Positions 38,322 to 46,932 of a stretch of DNA of 64,000 bases are shown piece by piece. This DNA is from Candidatus Nanopelagicales bacterium (lineage in GTDB: Bacteria; Actinomycetota; Actinomycetes; S36-B12). Positions within the stretch are counted from its first letter, which is position 1; each line of letters starts with the position of its first letter. The stretch lies in NCBI GenBank assembly GCA_030728405.1, contig JANQZS010000093.1, positions 24,263-88,262 of the forward strand, read 5' to 3'. A program made the translations under genes and the position numbers. The notes under the pieces are model-generated. The model worked only from the letters and a program-made list of their open reading frames with translations, did not search any database and was not told the origin of the DNA.

Positions 38322-41300
38322 GGCTTGGGCTGACTCCTGCAGCCTGCGCTTTATCAACGACGATGAGGCGATAGGTGTAGGTAGCTCCGGCCGGCCCGGC
38401 TCGCTTCACCTTGAAAATCACGGTGCCTTTGGCCTTGGTGCGGGTTTTCCCTACCGTGACCCACTGGTCATTGACGAGAGCCTGACGCCAGACCGTCATT
38501 CCAGATTTGAAGGGGCGCACTTTCGCTTTAATAGTAAAAGGTTTTCCAACTGGCACGTCAATTTGTGCCGGAGTGACGAGTGCAACGGTGCGCGCCTTAA
38601 CACTCGAGGTAACTGTCACACTGATGTCTTGGCTGATACCAATGGGAGCCCTCTTGCGCACCACAACGAGTCGGTTTGTCGTGGTAGTACCTGGTGGCCA
38701 AGCCTTGCGAACTGAGAAACTCACCCGTCCCTTTGTGTCAGTCTTACCTTTAGCGACAGTTTTCCATTCACCATTGACAAGCTCTTGACGCCAGACCTTG
38801 AGGTCCTTCTTCTTGGGTGTCACCTTTGCACGCACCGAGTACGACTTTCCGGCTTTCACCTCAGTAGCGGCTGGCGAGAGCAGGCGCACCTGGCGCTCTG
38901 ACGCTGCAACTGGCTCACCTTCGGTGCCAACCGCCGGCGGTGTCACCGGAGGTGGTGTACCGGCAGAACCAGCACTGCCATCCACGGAGTTGATGTAGGT
39001 GGACTTCAATCCGAGAGCCGAACGAATCGCGCTTCCAGTTTTGCTCACGACACTTCCATCACCCAATGTTGCTTGGATGGTTTTCACCGCACCAGATGCA
39101 TGGCGCTCCGTGACATCAAGTTTCCAGACGCCGCCAACACCGAAAGCTTTCGCCATTTGCTCCTGTGGCACCGTGACTGCCCAACTGCGATTCGGGTTAT
39201 CCGCAGTTAATGACCACGGGTCAGCCACCGTTTGTGCATAAGGGAGATCGCCACCCCATGCGTCCCGGCTTGCGGTGGTCGCACCGCCGGAGGATGAGTG
39301 ATAGAACGCGGTGATGGGCGCGCCGTTGTACAGAATCACTAGGCCGCTCGTTGGGTCAACGTGTGTGGCATTCACTGCAGCAACCCAGCGATTGCCTTTC
39401 GCGCTGCTTTCCTTGGACCATGCGGAGAAGGTCTGATCGGTGAATGGTCCGAAACCATCATCAACATGGCATGCACAGGAATTGCGAATGCCGGCATTGA
39501 TCTTGGCGAGGCCGTAGGTGCGTGCTGCTAGGGCCTGCGCCTGCATGGCAGCCTCGGGCCACGAGTTTGAAACTTCCGAGATCCCGTAGAGGTACTCATC
39601 GTGCAGCCGCACTGAATTCACTGCGTTCACCTTGCCCGCAGCGGCACTGAGCTCCACATGTCCATAGCGGTAACGGTGTCCTGGCGTACTGAAGTCAGCA
39701 CCACCTGCGACCACGTTGAGCAGGGTGGGTCCACCGGCAGCAGCGCCGGGATTGCGAGTACCCGCCCAGCGGACCGACACGTTCGGTGCGGATCCCAGGT
39801 CAGTATTTGTGCCACCGCTTGCTCGGGAGACGGTGATGCCCGCTCCACCCGAGTTGAACGTGAACACATCCTGCGGCCCACCGACGGTCACAGTGCCATT
39901 CACATTGACTTCGATCTGACCGCCCGCTGCGTCTAGCGCTTCCGAGCGAACCTTGACGCTGGGCTTCTGGTACTCAACGTTGACGCGAATATCCATATCG
40001 TCTTGAACCGCTGCAACATTTGTGCCGGTGTAATACGTGGTGACGATGCTCGTTGCATCGCGCCCTTCTTTGGCCATTGCGTAGGCGCCGTACTGCGACA
40101 TTCCCACACCATGACCGAATCCGGCGCCGTTAAGTGTGAAGGAATCTGGCGGGCCGCATGGATCCGGTGGCGATCCGGGCGCTGCCAAGACCCGAGCCTG
40201 GCCCACCCATGGGTATAGCGGTTCGCCATTCCCATTGGAGTTGACGGTGATCGTGTACGTGCCTGGTGGCACCGGCTGGCCTGCGTCGTCGAGCTTGTCC
40301 CAGCCAAATCCGAACGCGCCGGGCGCCTCTTGTTGTCCCCCGAGAGAGCGGACGGTTGTGCCGCAGCGCGAGGTGACTGTTGCCGACCATGCGAGGGGTG
40401 CGTTGGTAATCGCGTTGACTTGAACTGGATCGGCGCTGCCCCACGAGGCTGATCCCGCAGTCGGATTGATCATTGACGCGCCCATTTTTGCACCAGCGCG
40501 GGCCCGTATATTCGGAAGTTCAGCGTGCAGGAACTGACCTGGGCATGAGGTGGAGCCGATATCTCGGTGACCGCCCACCACGGCTGCTGTTGCTTCCTGA
40601 CCCGGTCGGTATTTCGAAGTGCCAGAGCCGGAGTTTGAAACAAGTGTGGTGGTGCCGTTGGGGTCGCGATGGTTCATCGACATTTTCCAGGCGACCAAAG
40701 ATGCAATGGACTCAACGATTGCTTCTTTTTCTGGAGCCTCTGGATTGAAGTTTTGGAAATTGCCGATCGCCGAGACGGCAAAAGTTTCCTCATTGAATCC
40801 TGCGGTGTGCCCGCCGACTACGGCCTGATCCATGCCCCCGCCGCGTCCTTCGTATACGCGGCCAAAACGATCGATGAGGAAGTTGTACGCCATGTCTTGG
40901 TACTTCAGCCCTTTGACGTACCAGGAGTACAGGTTGCGCATCTGTTGTGCCGATTGTTCCGCAGAGTAATTGTTTTTCGAAGCGGTGTGGTGCACGAATG
41001 CTGCTTTGATCGTTGGCGAAATGCGAGCGTTACCGCGGCGTTGGGTTTCATCTGCGCCCCATTCGGCGCGGGAAATGATTGCGGGCTTCGGGGCACTCAC
41101 CGTGCTTGCCGCAACCGTCGACATCGGTAGGTTCGAAACCTCAGTGGGGCTTGGCAATTGCGCATCGGCAGCTACTACCGGGTTATCCACCAGTACGACC
41201 TGAGCATTACGGGGAACGATGCCGCCAGGGGTATCCATCCTGACCTCAACACCGTCGGCGTTACCAGTGAGAAGTGGCTCCGTTCCGAATAATGCCCCCG

Positions 41301-41838
41301 CAGCCTCCTCTGAATCGGGGTCAGGTCCGTGCTCGGTCACTCCAATGGCTGACCAATCCGACCACGTGCCGTCTTCGCGGACTCGGACCACGATGCGAGT
41401 GTTGGGGTCAAGGGGTTGGTCAGAGGAGATCCCTACCAATCCAAAGTCACCTGTCGTCACGGACCGGGTGGCCAATACCGGTTCCAATGGGATGTCTTCG
41501 TCGTGTGCATGGTCGTCGTGTGCACGGTCGTAGTCGGCAGAGGTGCTAAAGAGCGGCTCCTGCGTGGAAAGGCCCAAAGCATCGGTGTGCACCTCGCTGC
41601 GCATCCCCTCCCAGTTGGCCATGGCAAGAGAGGCCTCTTGCAGTACGTCTAAGTCCAGACCGGTCAGGGGAACCTGCGCCACGGTAGCCGGGACCGGATC
41701 GCGTTCTAGAAAAGACCGTTCGACTCCGGCAGTGAGTGAGCCCGCTACGGGGAGGGAGAGTCCAGCAAAAACCACGGCGGGGAGTGAAATTGCTGCCACG
41801 AGAGTGCGGCGGCGGTTTATGCCTGGGAAGTGCCGCAC
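38299..41838 (-). CDS. Large secreted multidomain peptidoglycan hydrolase. It carries an Amidase_2/PGRP domain, a SpoIID/LytB domain and two C-terminal tandem beta domains.
   Basis: The N-terminus contains RRRTLVAA. The amidase region reads FVHHTAS...DMAYNFLIDRFGRVYEGRGGG...GGHRDIGSTSCPG. The SpoIID region reads GFGHGVGMSQYGA and QAQALAARTYGL...FYHSSSGGAT. The GTG start is preceded by GGAGG. Confidence 0.85.
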   Translation of the reverse strand: MRHFPGINRRRTLVAAISLPAVVFAGLSLPVAGSLTAGVERSFLERDPVPATVAQVPLTGLDLDVLQEASLAMANWEGMRSEVHTDALGLSTQEPLFSTSADYDRAHDDHAHDEDIPLEPVLATRSVTTGDFGLVGISSDQPLDPNTRIVVRVREDGTWSDWSAIGVTEHGPDPDSEEAAGALFGTEPLLTGNADGVEVRMDTPGGIVPRNAQVVLVDNPVVAADAQLPSPTEVSNLPMSTVAASTVSAPKPAIISRAEWGADETQRRGNARISPTIKAAFVHHTASKNNYSAEQSAQQMRNLYSWYVKGLKYQDMAYNFLIDRFGRVYEGRGGGMDQAVVGGHTAGFNEETFAVSAIGNFQNFNPEAPEKEAIVESIASLVAWKMSMNHRDPNGTTTLVSNSGSGTSKYRPGQEATAAVVGGHRDIGSTSCPGQFLHAELPNIRARAGAKMGASMINPTAGSASWGSADPVQVNAITNAPLAWSATVTSRCGTTVRSLGGQQEAPGAFGFGWDKLDDAGQPVPPGTYTITVNSNGNGEPLYPWVGQARVLAAPGSPPDPCGPPDSFTLNGAGFGHGVGMSQYGAYAMAKEGRDATSIVTTYYTGTNVAAVQDDMDIRVNVEYQKPSVKVRSEALDAAGGQIEVNVNGTVTVGGPQDVFTFNSGGAGITVSRASGGTNTDLGSAPNVSVRWAGTRNPGAAAGGPTLLNVVAGGADFSTPGHRYRYGHVELSAAAGKVNAVNSVRLHDEYLYGISEVSNSWPEAAMQAQALAARTYGLAKINAGIRNSCACHVDDGFGPFTDQTFSAWSKESSAKGNRWVAAVNATHVDPTSGLVILYNGAPITAFYHSSSGGATTASRDAWGGDLPYAQTVADPWSLTADNPNRSWAVTVPQEQMAKAFGVGGVWKLDVTERHASGAVKTIQATLGDGSVVSKTGSAIRSALGLKSTYINSVDGSAGSAGTPPPVTPPAVGTEGEPVAASERQVRLLSPAATEVKAGKSYSVRAKVTPKKKDLKVWRQELVNGEWKTVAKGKTDTKGRVSFSVRKAWPPGTTTTNRLVVVRKRAPIGISQDISVTVTSSVKARTVALVTPAQIDVPVGKPFTIKAKVRPFKSGMTVWRQALVNDQWVTVGKTRTKAKGTVIFKVKRAGPAGATYTYRLIVVDKAQAAGVSPSLTVVVGS
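38302..38890 (-). repeat. Two tandem ~95-aa protein-level repeats at the C-terminus of the hydrolase
   Basis: VRLLSPAATEVKAGKSYSVRAKVTPKKKDLKVWRQELVNGEWKTVAKGKTDTKGRVSF aligns with VALVTPAQIDVPVGKPFTIKAKVRPFKSGMTVWRQALVNDQWVTVGKTRTKAKGTVIF. By eye, roughly 40-45 percent of positions are identical. Confidence 0.75.
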
Positions 41839-42097
41839 GGTGGCCGTACCTCCAAATCAATGATGCCGGGAAGAGGTGCATCGAGAATTCAGACGCACCG
41901 ACTCATGCCACGGTGCCATGGCTTTGCAATTTTTCCAAGCCTCACACGTCACATTGACACCAAAAGAATCGGGCAAAACGGACATTGGGAACTGTCCCTC
42001 ACACTGGTGCGTCACATGCCGAGAGAAAGCAGATCCCGCTTACCATGGCTTTCTGCCCCCGTGGCGCCCATGACACACCCGATAGAAGGCGAGAAAC

Positions 42098-43507
42098 GTG
42101 AGTAGCCGGCGTTGGACCCGCACGCTCGCCGCCGTTACCTCCGGTGCCGTGGTCGCAGCCACGATGGTCGGAGCAGGGGTGACCGTGGTGATGGGACAAC
42201 TCGAAGGCAACATCACGGCTCTAGACGTCTCAGATCAAACGGGTGAGACGGCTGCCGAAACCACCTCGTTGGTGATTGACGAAGAAACAGGTGAGCAGAC
42301 TCCCTTCAATGTGCTGCTGATGGGCAGCGACACCCGGCAGGGTGCAGGTAACGAGGGATACGGCAGCCGCGCAAAATTTGGCGATGCCGAACGCTCTGAT
42401 ACCACCATCCTTTTGCATGTCAGCGCCGATCGCTCACGCGCCACCGCGGTGAGCATCCCTCGCGACACCTTGATCACCCTGCCGGTCTGCACCGACGCCA
42501 ATGGCAAAAACATCGGCGGTTACCAGGGCAAGTTCAATGAAGCTTTTATGATCGGTGGCCCAGGATGCGCGATGAAGGCCGTTGAGGAAATGTCTGGCCT
42601 TGATCTCACAAACTTCATGGTCATCGACTTTGGCGGATTCAAGCGCATCGTCGAAGCCCTCGACGGCGTGGAAGTGTGCCTCACCGAACCGGTGAACGAT
42701 TCACTCAGCGGCCTCAAACTCGATGCAGGCCTGCAAACGGTCAATGGAGAACAAGCCCTTGCATTTGTCCGTACTCGCAAGGAGCTGGGCGATGGCTCGG
42801 ACACTTCGCGCATCAGGCGCCAGCAAGCATTCTTATCCTCAATGGCGCGCAAAGTTCTTTCGGCCGGCACCCTACTCAACCCGGCAGCCCTCGTTGGAGT
42901 GCTCAATGCTGCTACCCAGTCTCTCACCGCAGATCCACAACTCGCGAACATCGAAAACTTGCGCGATCTCGCCGTCAGCATGCAAGATCTGCGCCCCGGC
43001 GACATCACGTTCACCACGATGCCGTGGTACCCAGCAGGCGATGGCGCAAACGTGTTACAGAACAAGAAAAAAGCTAAGCCGCTCTGGAACTCCATCAAGG
43101 AAGACACCGCATGGCCGCCCAAGAAGAGCACTGATCAACCTTTGCTGCGCGCCGAACCAGAAACGATTCGGGTCAAGGTACTTAATGGCACCGGCGTAAC
43201 AGGTGCGGGTAAAAAAGCAAAGAAACTGCTACGGGCAGAGGGGTTCAACGTCGTCGAGGTGGCCAATGCAAAGGATGGCGCCTACTCCGCCACCACGGTT
43301 CTCTACGACCCAGACTGGGATGTTTCGGCCAAAACGCTGATCTATTCCGCGAGTGCTGCGAGTGAAGCGGTACCCGGTCAGGGGCAGACCATGACGTTGG
43401 TCATCGGTCCGGACTTCACCGCGGCAAAGCCGGTGTCGATTTCTGCTGCACTGAAGGACAACACCGCAAACGTCAATACCGCAGACGAATCCTTCTGCGC
43501 TTCCTAG
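42098..43507 (+). CDS. LCP-family (LytR-CpsA-Psr) cell-wall glycopolymer ligase with a LytR_C domain
   Basis: An N-terminal TM anchor is followed by FNVLLMGSDTR...RSDTTILLHV...SIPRDT. The C-terminal part reads IRVKVLNGTGVTGAG. Confidence 0.88.
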   Translation: MSSRRWTRTLAAVTSGAVVAATMVGAGVTVVMGQLEGNITALDVSDQTGETAAETTSLVIDEETGEQTPFNVLLMGSDTRQGAGNEGYGSRAKFGDAERSDTTILLHVSADRSRATAVSIPRDTLITLPVCTDANGKNIGGYQGKFNEAFMIGGPGCAMKAVEEMSGLDLTNFMVIDFGGFKRIVEALDGVEVCLTEPVNDSLSGLKLDAGLQTVNGEQALAFVRTRKELGDGSDTSRIRRQQAFLSSMARKVLSAGTLLNPAALVGVLNAATQSLTADPQLANIENLRDLAVSMQDLRPGDITFTTMPWYPAGDGANVLQNKKKAKPLWNSIKEDTAWPPKKSTDQPLLRAEPETIRVKVLNGTGVTGAGKKAKKLLRAEGFNVVEVANAKDGAYSATTVLYDPDWDVSAKTLIYSASAASEAVPGQGQTMTLVIGPDFTAAKPVSISAALKDNTANVNTADESFCAS

Positions 43508-43511
43508 CTAG

Positions 43512-44375
43512 CTACACAACAGGTGGCCGACCGGCCTTTGACATCTCCCACACTGTTTTCCATTTGATCGGGCGACGCTCCACAGGCGGAGTGCTGATCC
43601 CCTCTCGCAAACCGGCAAACCATGCCGCCCGAGCTTTGGGGTCTCGCACGCGCACGGTGGTCAACACGACCCACGAACCCACATAGATGGGTTCAAGCAC
43701 CGCAGGCAAATTGCGCCGCGCCAACCACACCCGGTTGCGTGCGTTCATGCGATAGAACTCTGCATGCCTCAACGGATCAATCACCGGATGGTGCACCTGC
43801 AGATCGCCCGCATACCAAGCAACGTAGCCCGCATCCCAGACACGCCAGACCAAATCGATGCCCTCGTGCGCGTAGAAGAATTCACCCGGCCAGCCACCCG
43901 TTGCCGCAAACACTTCAGGCCTAATCGCGACGGCGCCCTCCCAAAGTGAAGTCGCTGGACCCGGCGTCGCAGGATCACCCACGCGCAGGCGCGGGACCCA
44001 ACGCCCAGGTGCTCGCCGCCCAGTGGGATCCACCACGCGTGGCTGAATCAAACCCAGCTGAGGATCTGCCTCGAAGCGTCGTCGTACTTCTGCCAGAAAG
44101 CCGGGGTTCGCAAGTTCGGCATCGTCATCGAGAAAAAACAGAAGGTCACCGTGAACCTGCGGAACCCCAGCATTTCGGCCAGCTGGGATGCCCACGTTTT
44201 CAGCGAGTCCCAATGCGCGCACCCCATCGGGCAGATCAACCGGTTCCCAGCCATTACCGACAACCACAATGTCGCAGGTCACGTCCTGTTGAGCGAGTAC
44301 TGAATCGATCGCCCTGCGCAACTCCGCTGGCCTGGTTCCCATCGTCAAAATGACGACGCCAAAATCTGACATCAA
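43512..44375 (-). CDS. Glycosyltransferase family 2. By position it is a WbbL-like candidate for the linkage-unit rhamnosyltransferase.
   Basis: The GT2 core reads VVILTMGTRPAELRRAIDSVLAQ...LFFLDDDAE. About 287 aa. It lies next to the LCP gene, like Rv3265c next to Rv3267. Confidence 0.65.
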   Translation of the reverse strand: MMSDFGVVILTMGTRPAELRRAIDSVLAQQDVTCDIVVVGNGWEPVDLPDGVRALGLAENVGIPAGRNAGVPQVHGDLLFFLDDDAELANPGFLAEVRRRFEADPQLGLIQPRVVDPTGRRAPGRWVPRLRVGDPATPGPATSLWEGAVAIRPEVFAATGGWPGEFFYAHEGIDLVWRVWDAGYVAWYAGDLQVHHPVIDPLRHAEFYRMNARNRVWLARRNLPAVLEPIYVGSWVVLTTVRVRDPKARAAWFAGLREGISTPPVERRPIKWKTVWEMSKAGRPPVV

Positions 44376-45178
44376 CGCAACCGACTCGAGGATAAAATGG
44401 CGAGCAGGTGACCAACAACTGTCACGAGCGCGAGAATCGCGAGAGCTCCGACCAGGAACTGAGTGGCACCGAGACCGCCCATTGCAGCATCAACAACAGA
44501 TGCAATAAACGCCAAAATCGTTAACTCCACGGAGTGGTATGCGCGATGGAACGGCACGAAACGTGCGAGAGATCGAAGCTTGCGCAAGCCACTTGATGAT
44601 GGCTCACCCACCTCGGCTTTGTCTTCAAGCCTTGGCATGTTGTTGTATGCCCGCGAGACATGCACCATGTCATTGAGCGACTTGTTGTAGAGAATCAACA
44701 CGGCAAGGAGTGCACCGATCAACGGCCACGGCGAATCGAGCCAGCCAGATTCGGGGAAGCCGGCAGCGCGCAGGCCCAATGCAATCGGGATCAGGCCTTC
44801 AGCGGTGTAATGACCAACCCGGTCAATAAACACACCCTTGGGGCTGGTGGTCTGGCGCCAGCGGGCAACCTCGCCATCACTGCAATCCCACAGCATCTGC
44901 ATCTGCCCCAACGCCATGGCAAGAAAACCACCCGGCAGACCAGGGATCAGGAGCGCGGCGGCCGCGCCCATCCCGGTGAACACCATGAGCCACGTGACCT
45001 GGTTGGCGCTGATAGACGTGCGCAGCAGAACCAAGGTCAGGTACGGCGAAATTTTGCGCAGGTACACGTCGGCAACCCAGTGCTCCGAGTTCTTCCGACC
45101 ACGCACAGCAGGTGGCTGACCTACTTCTCTGATTTCGGCAATGGTGGGCCGGGCCGGTCGAACGATCTTCTCGGTCAC
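44372..45178 (-). CDS. CDP-alcohol phosphatidyltransferase-family membrane protein (variant motif)
   Basis: The sequence DCSDGEVARWRQTTSPKGVFIDRVGH fits D-x2-DG-x2-AR-x8-G-x3-D-x3-H, with His where the family has its last Asp. The protein is multi-TM. Confidence 0.75.
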   Translation of the reverse strand: MTEKIVRPARPTIAEIREVGQPPAVRGRKNSEHWVADVYLRKISPYLTLVLLRTSISANQVTWLMVFTGMGAAAALLIPGLPGGFLAMALGQMQMLWDCSDGEVARWRQTTSPKGVFIDRVGHYTAEGLIPIALGLRAAGFPESGWLDSPWPLIGALLAVLILYNKSLNDMVHVSRAYNNMPRLEDKAEVGEPSSSGLRKLRSLARFVPFHRAYHSVELTILAFIASVVDAAMGGLGATQFLVGALAILALVTVVGHLLAILSSSRLR

Positions 45179-46932
45179 AACTCGCCTCCCACCACTCGAT
45201 TACTATCTCGATTACTCAGCAACCACTGGCCTGAGGCTACGGGTACGAAGAGGATGAACAGGGCAACGGCCATGACTAGCAGCCCGCTGGCGAACGTGGA
45301 AGCCGACCCTGCAAACAACACCATTGCCGCAACCACAATCAGCCGGCCGTCCCAACCCAGACCGGTCCACGCGATCCAACGGGGCACACTCGCGCCGTTC
45401 AACGCTCGGTACAAAGTGTCGTAGTGGTGGTAAGCCACGACAAAAAGCCAGACATAGCCCACCACTTCAGCATCAGGGAATAGCGCCAGCACGAGCGCAG
45501 TCACAGCGCCCAGTTCTAACAACCGAAGCAGTGCTGGGATCGCCCAACCCCAGCGCGCGCTGAGTATTCGAGTTCGCAACGTCTCCGGGAAAGCACTCGC
45601 GATCGTGCTTCCGAGTGGCCCCAGATCAATCTGTTCGCGCAAGAACTGCACGCCGCTGCTGACCAACGGCTCATGCCAGGTAAACGTTCGGAGTGTGCGA
45701 CCAACGAGCACGTAGCCCAATGCGATGAGCCCGGCGATCAACAATGCAACCAGTGCCCAGGCAGGGCCAGCCACGACTGCCACCACACTGATCAGCAGCC
45801 AACGCTCACCGATCGGCATATGGATTACCTTTTTCGCCCAGCGCACGATCGATGACCGATTCATGCTGCGTGAGGCCTGCATTGCCGTCGCTACAGAGAG
45901 CCCAGCACTGATTGCATTTCCATCCGAGGGGTCAAGCAGAGACCGCACGGGCACTATTGCCTCGCGCAGGCGCTGGACCCGGGCAAAGTCGTAATCACCC
46001 ATATGCCGGAATGTTTGAAGCGTTATCAACACGAGGACGAGCCACCACACATCGTTGCCCAAACGCGCAGCGCCCACCGCCAAACCGCCATACACCGCAA
46101 ACTCTTTAACGCGATCTGTTGAGGCATCGAGCCATGCACCCAGCGCGCTGAACTGCCGTGTAGCTCGGGCAACTTCGCCGTCAACGCAATCGATGATCAG
46201 ACTCAATTGCAGCAGTACTGCACCGAGGAGTAACCACCAAAAAGTACCCCCGGCAAATGCACACGCTGATGCGATACCCACCACAAAGGAAATCACCGTG
46301 ATGGTGTTGGGGGTAAGCCCGAGGGAAAGCGCTAGTCGCGTGAGAGGTTTCGAAGCTTTGCGCACTACGAAGGTGGAATAGAAACCATCATCGATCCGAT
46401 TCGCTTGCAAGCGACGGATCCGATCTACGGGAATGGCGTCAACGAGTTGCTGAGCATCAGGTGCATCTTGTGCACCGCGAAACCACGGAACATCTACCAA
46501 TCCCACCGCGCGCACCGCAACGCCACTGCGCACAAGCGCAACGAGCACTAGCTCTGGAAATTGAGCCGGTGGAACGATGAGTTCATCGTGCGCCACATGA
46601 TCGCGCAGTGTTGTCAGGGCAGCAGCTGCGCTCGGCGCATCGGCTACCGAAATGCGCACAACTCCAATGCTTCGATGCGTGGGCGCGCCCACGTTGTGAA
46701 AGCTCGTGCCCGCGCTGACCACTTGATGGTGCAGAACCCGCAGGTCACCTGATCCATCTGCAACGACCATCGCGCTAGTTCCAGCGAAGGAGTCTTCGGC
46801 CACAGGGCTGATCGCGGCAGCAGAGACCACAAGCTCATCTGCAATCACAATCACCGGCTCGGTGGCAGCACGCAGCCGGTCAATGAGCTCAGAAAGTAGC
46901 CCGATCGTCGAACTAGATGCCCGATCAGTCAC
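45175..46932 (-). CDS. CDP-alcohol phosphatidyltransferase-family protein with a ~170-aa soluble N-terminal domain and an extra C-terminal multi-TM extension
   Basis: The canonical motif is DCVDGEVARATRQFSALGAWLDASTD. The N-terminal region lacks a GxGxRL nucleotide loop. 585 aa. Confidence 0.75.
   Translation of the reverse strand: MTDRASSSTIGLLSELIDRLRAATEPVIVIADELVVSAAAISPVAEDSFAGTSAMVVADGSGDLRVLHHQVVSAGTSFHNVGAPTHRSIGVVRISVADAPSAAAALTTLRDHVAHDELIVPPAQFPELVLVALVRSGVAVRAVGLVDVPWFRGAQDAPDAQQLVDAIPVDRIRRLQANRIDDGFYSTFVVRKASKPLTRLALSLGLTPNTITVISFVVGIASACAFAGGTFWWLLLGAVLLQLSLIIDCVDGEVARATRQFSALGAWLDASTDRVKEFAVYGGLAVGAARLGNDVWWLVLVLITLQTFRHMGDYDFARVQRLREAIVPVRSLLDPSDGNAISAGLSVATAMQASRSMNRSSIVRWAKKVIHMPIGERWLLISVVAVVAGPAWALVALLIAGLIALGYVLVGRTLRTFTWHEPLVSSGVQFLREQIDLGPLGSTIASAFPETLRTRILSARWGWAIPALLRLLELGAVTALVLALFPDAEVVGYVWLFVVAYHHYDTLYRALNGASVPRWIAWTGLGWDGRLIVVAAMVLFAGSASTFASGLLVMAVALFILFVPVASGQWLLSNRDSNRVVGGEL

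Noticed and set aside
41839-42097. c-di-AMP (ydaO-type) riboswitch upstream of the peptidoglycan hydrolase gene. Such elements often precede actinobacterial wall hydrolases.
   Set aside because: The reverse-strand leader lacks the paired ACGGGG / CCCGAA-type conserved blocks I associate with that motif. I have no support beyond context.
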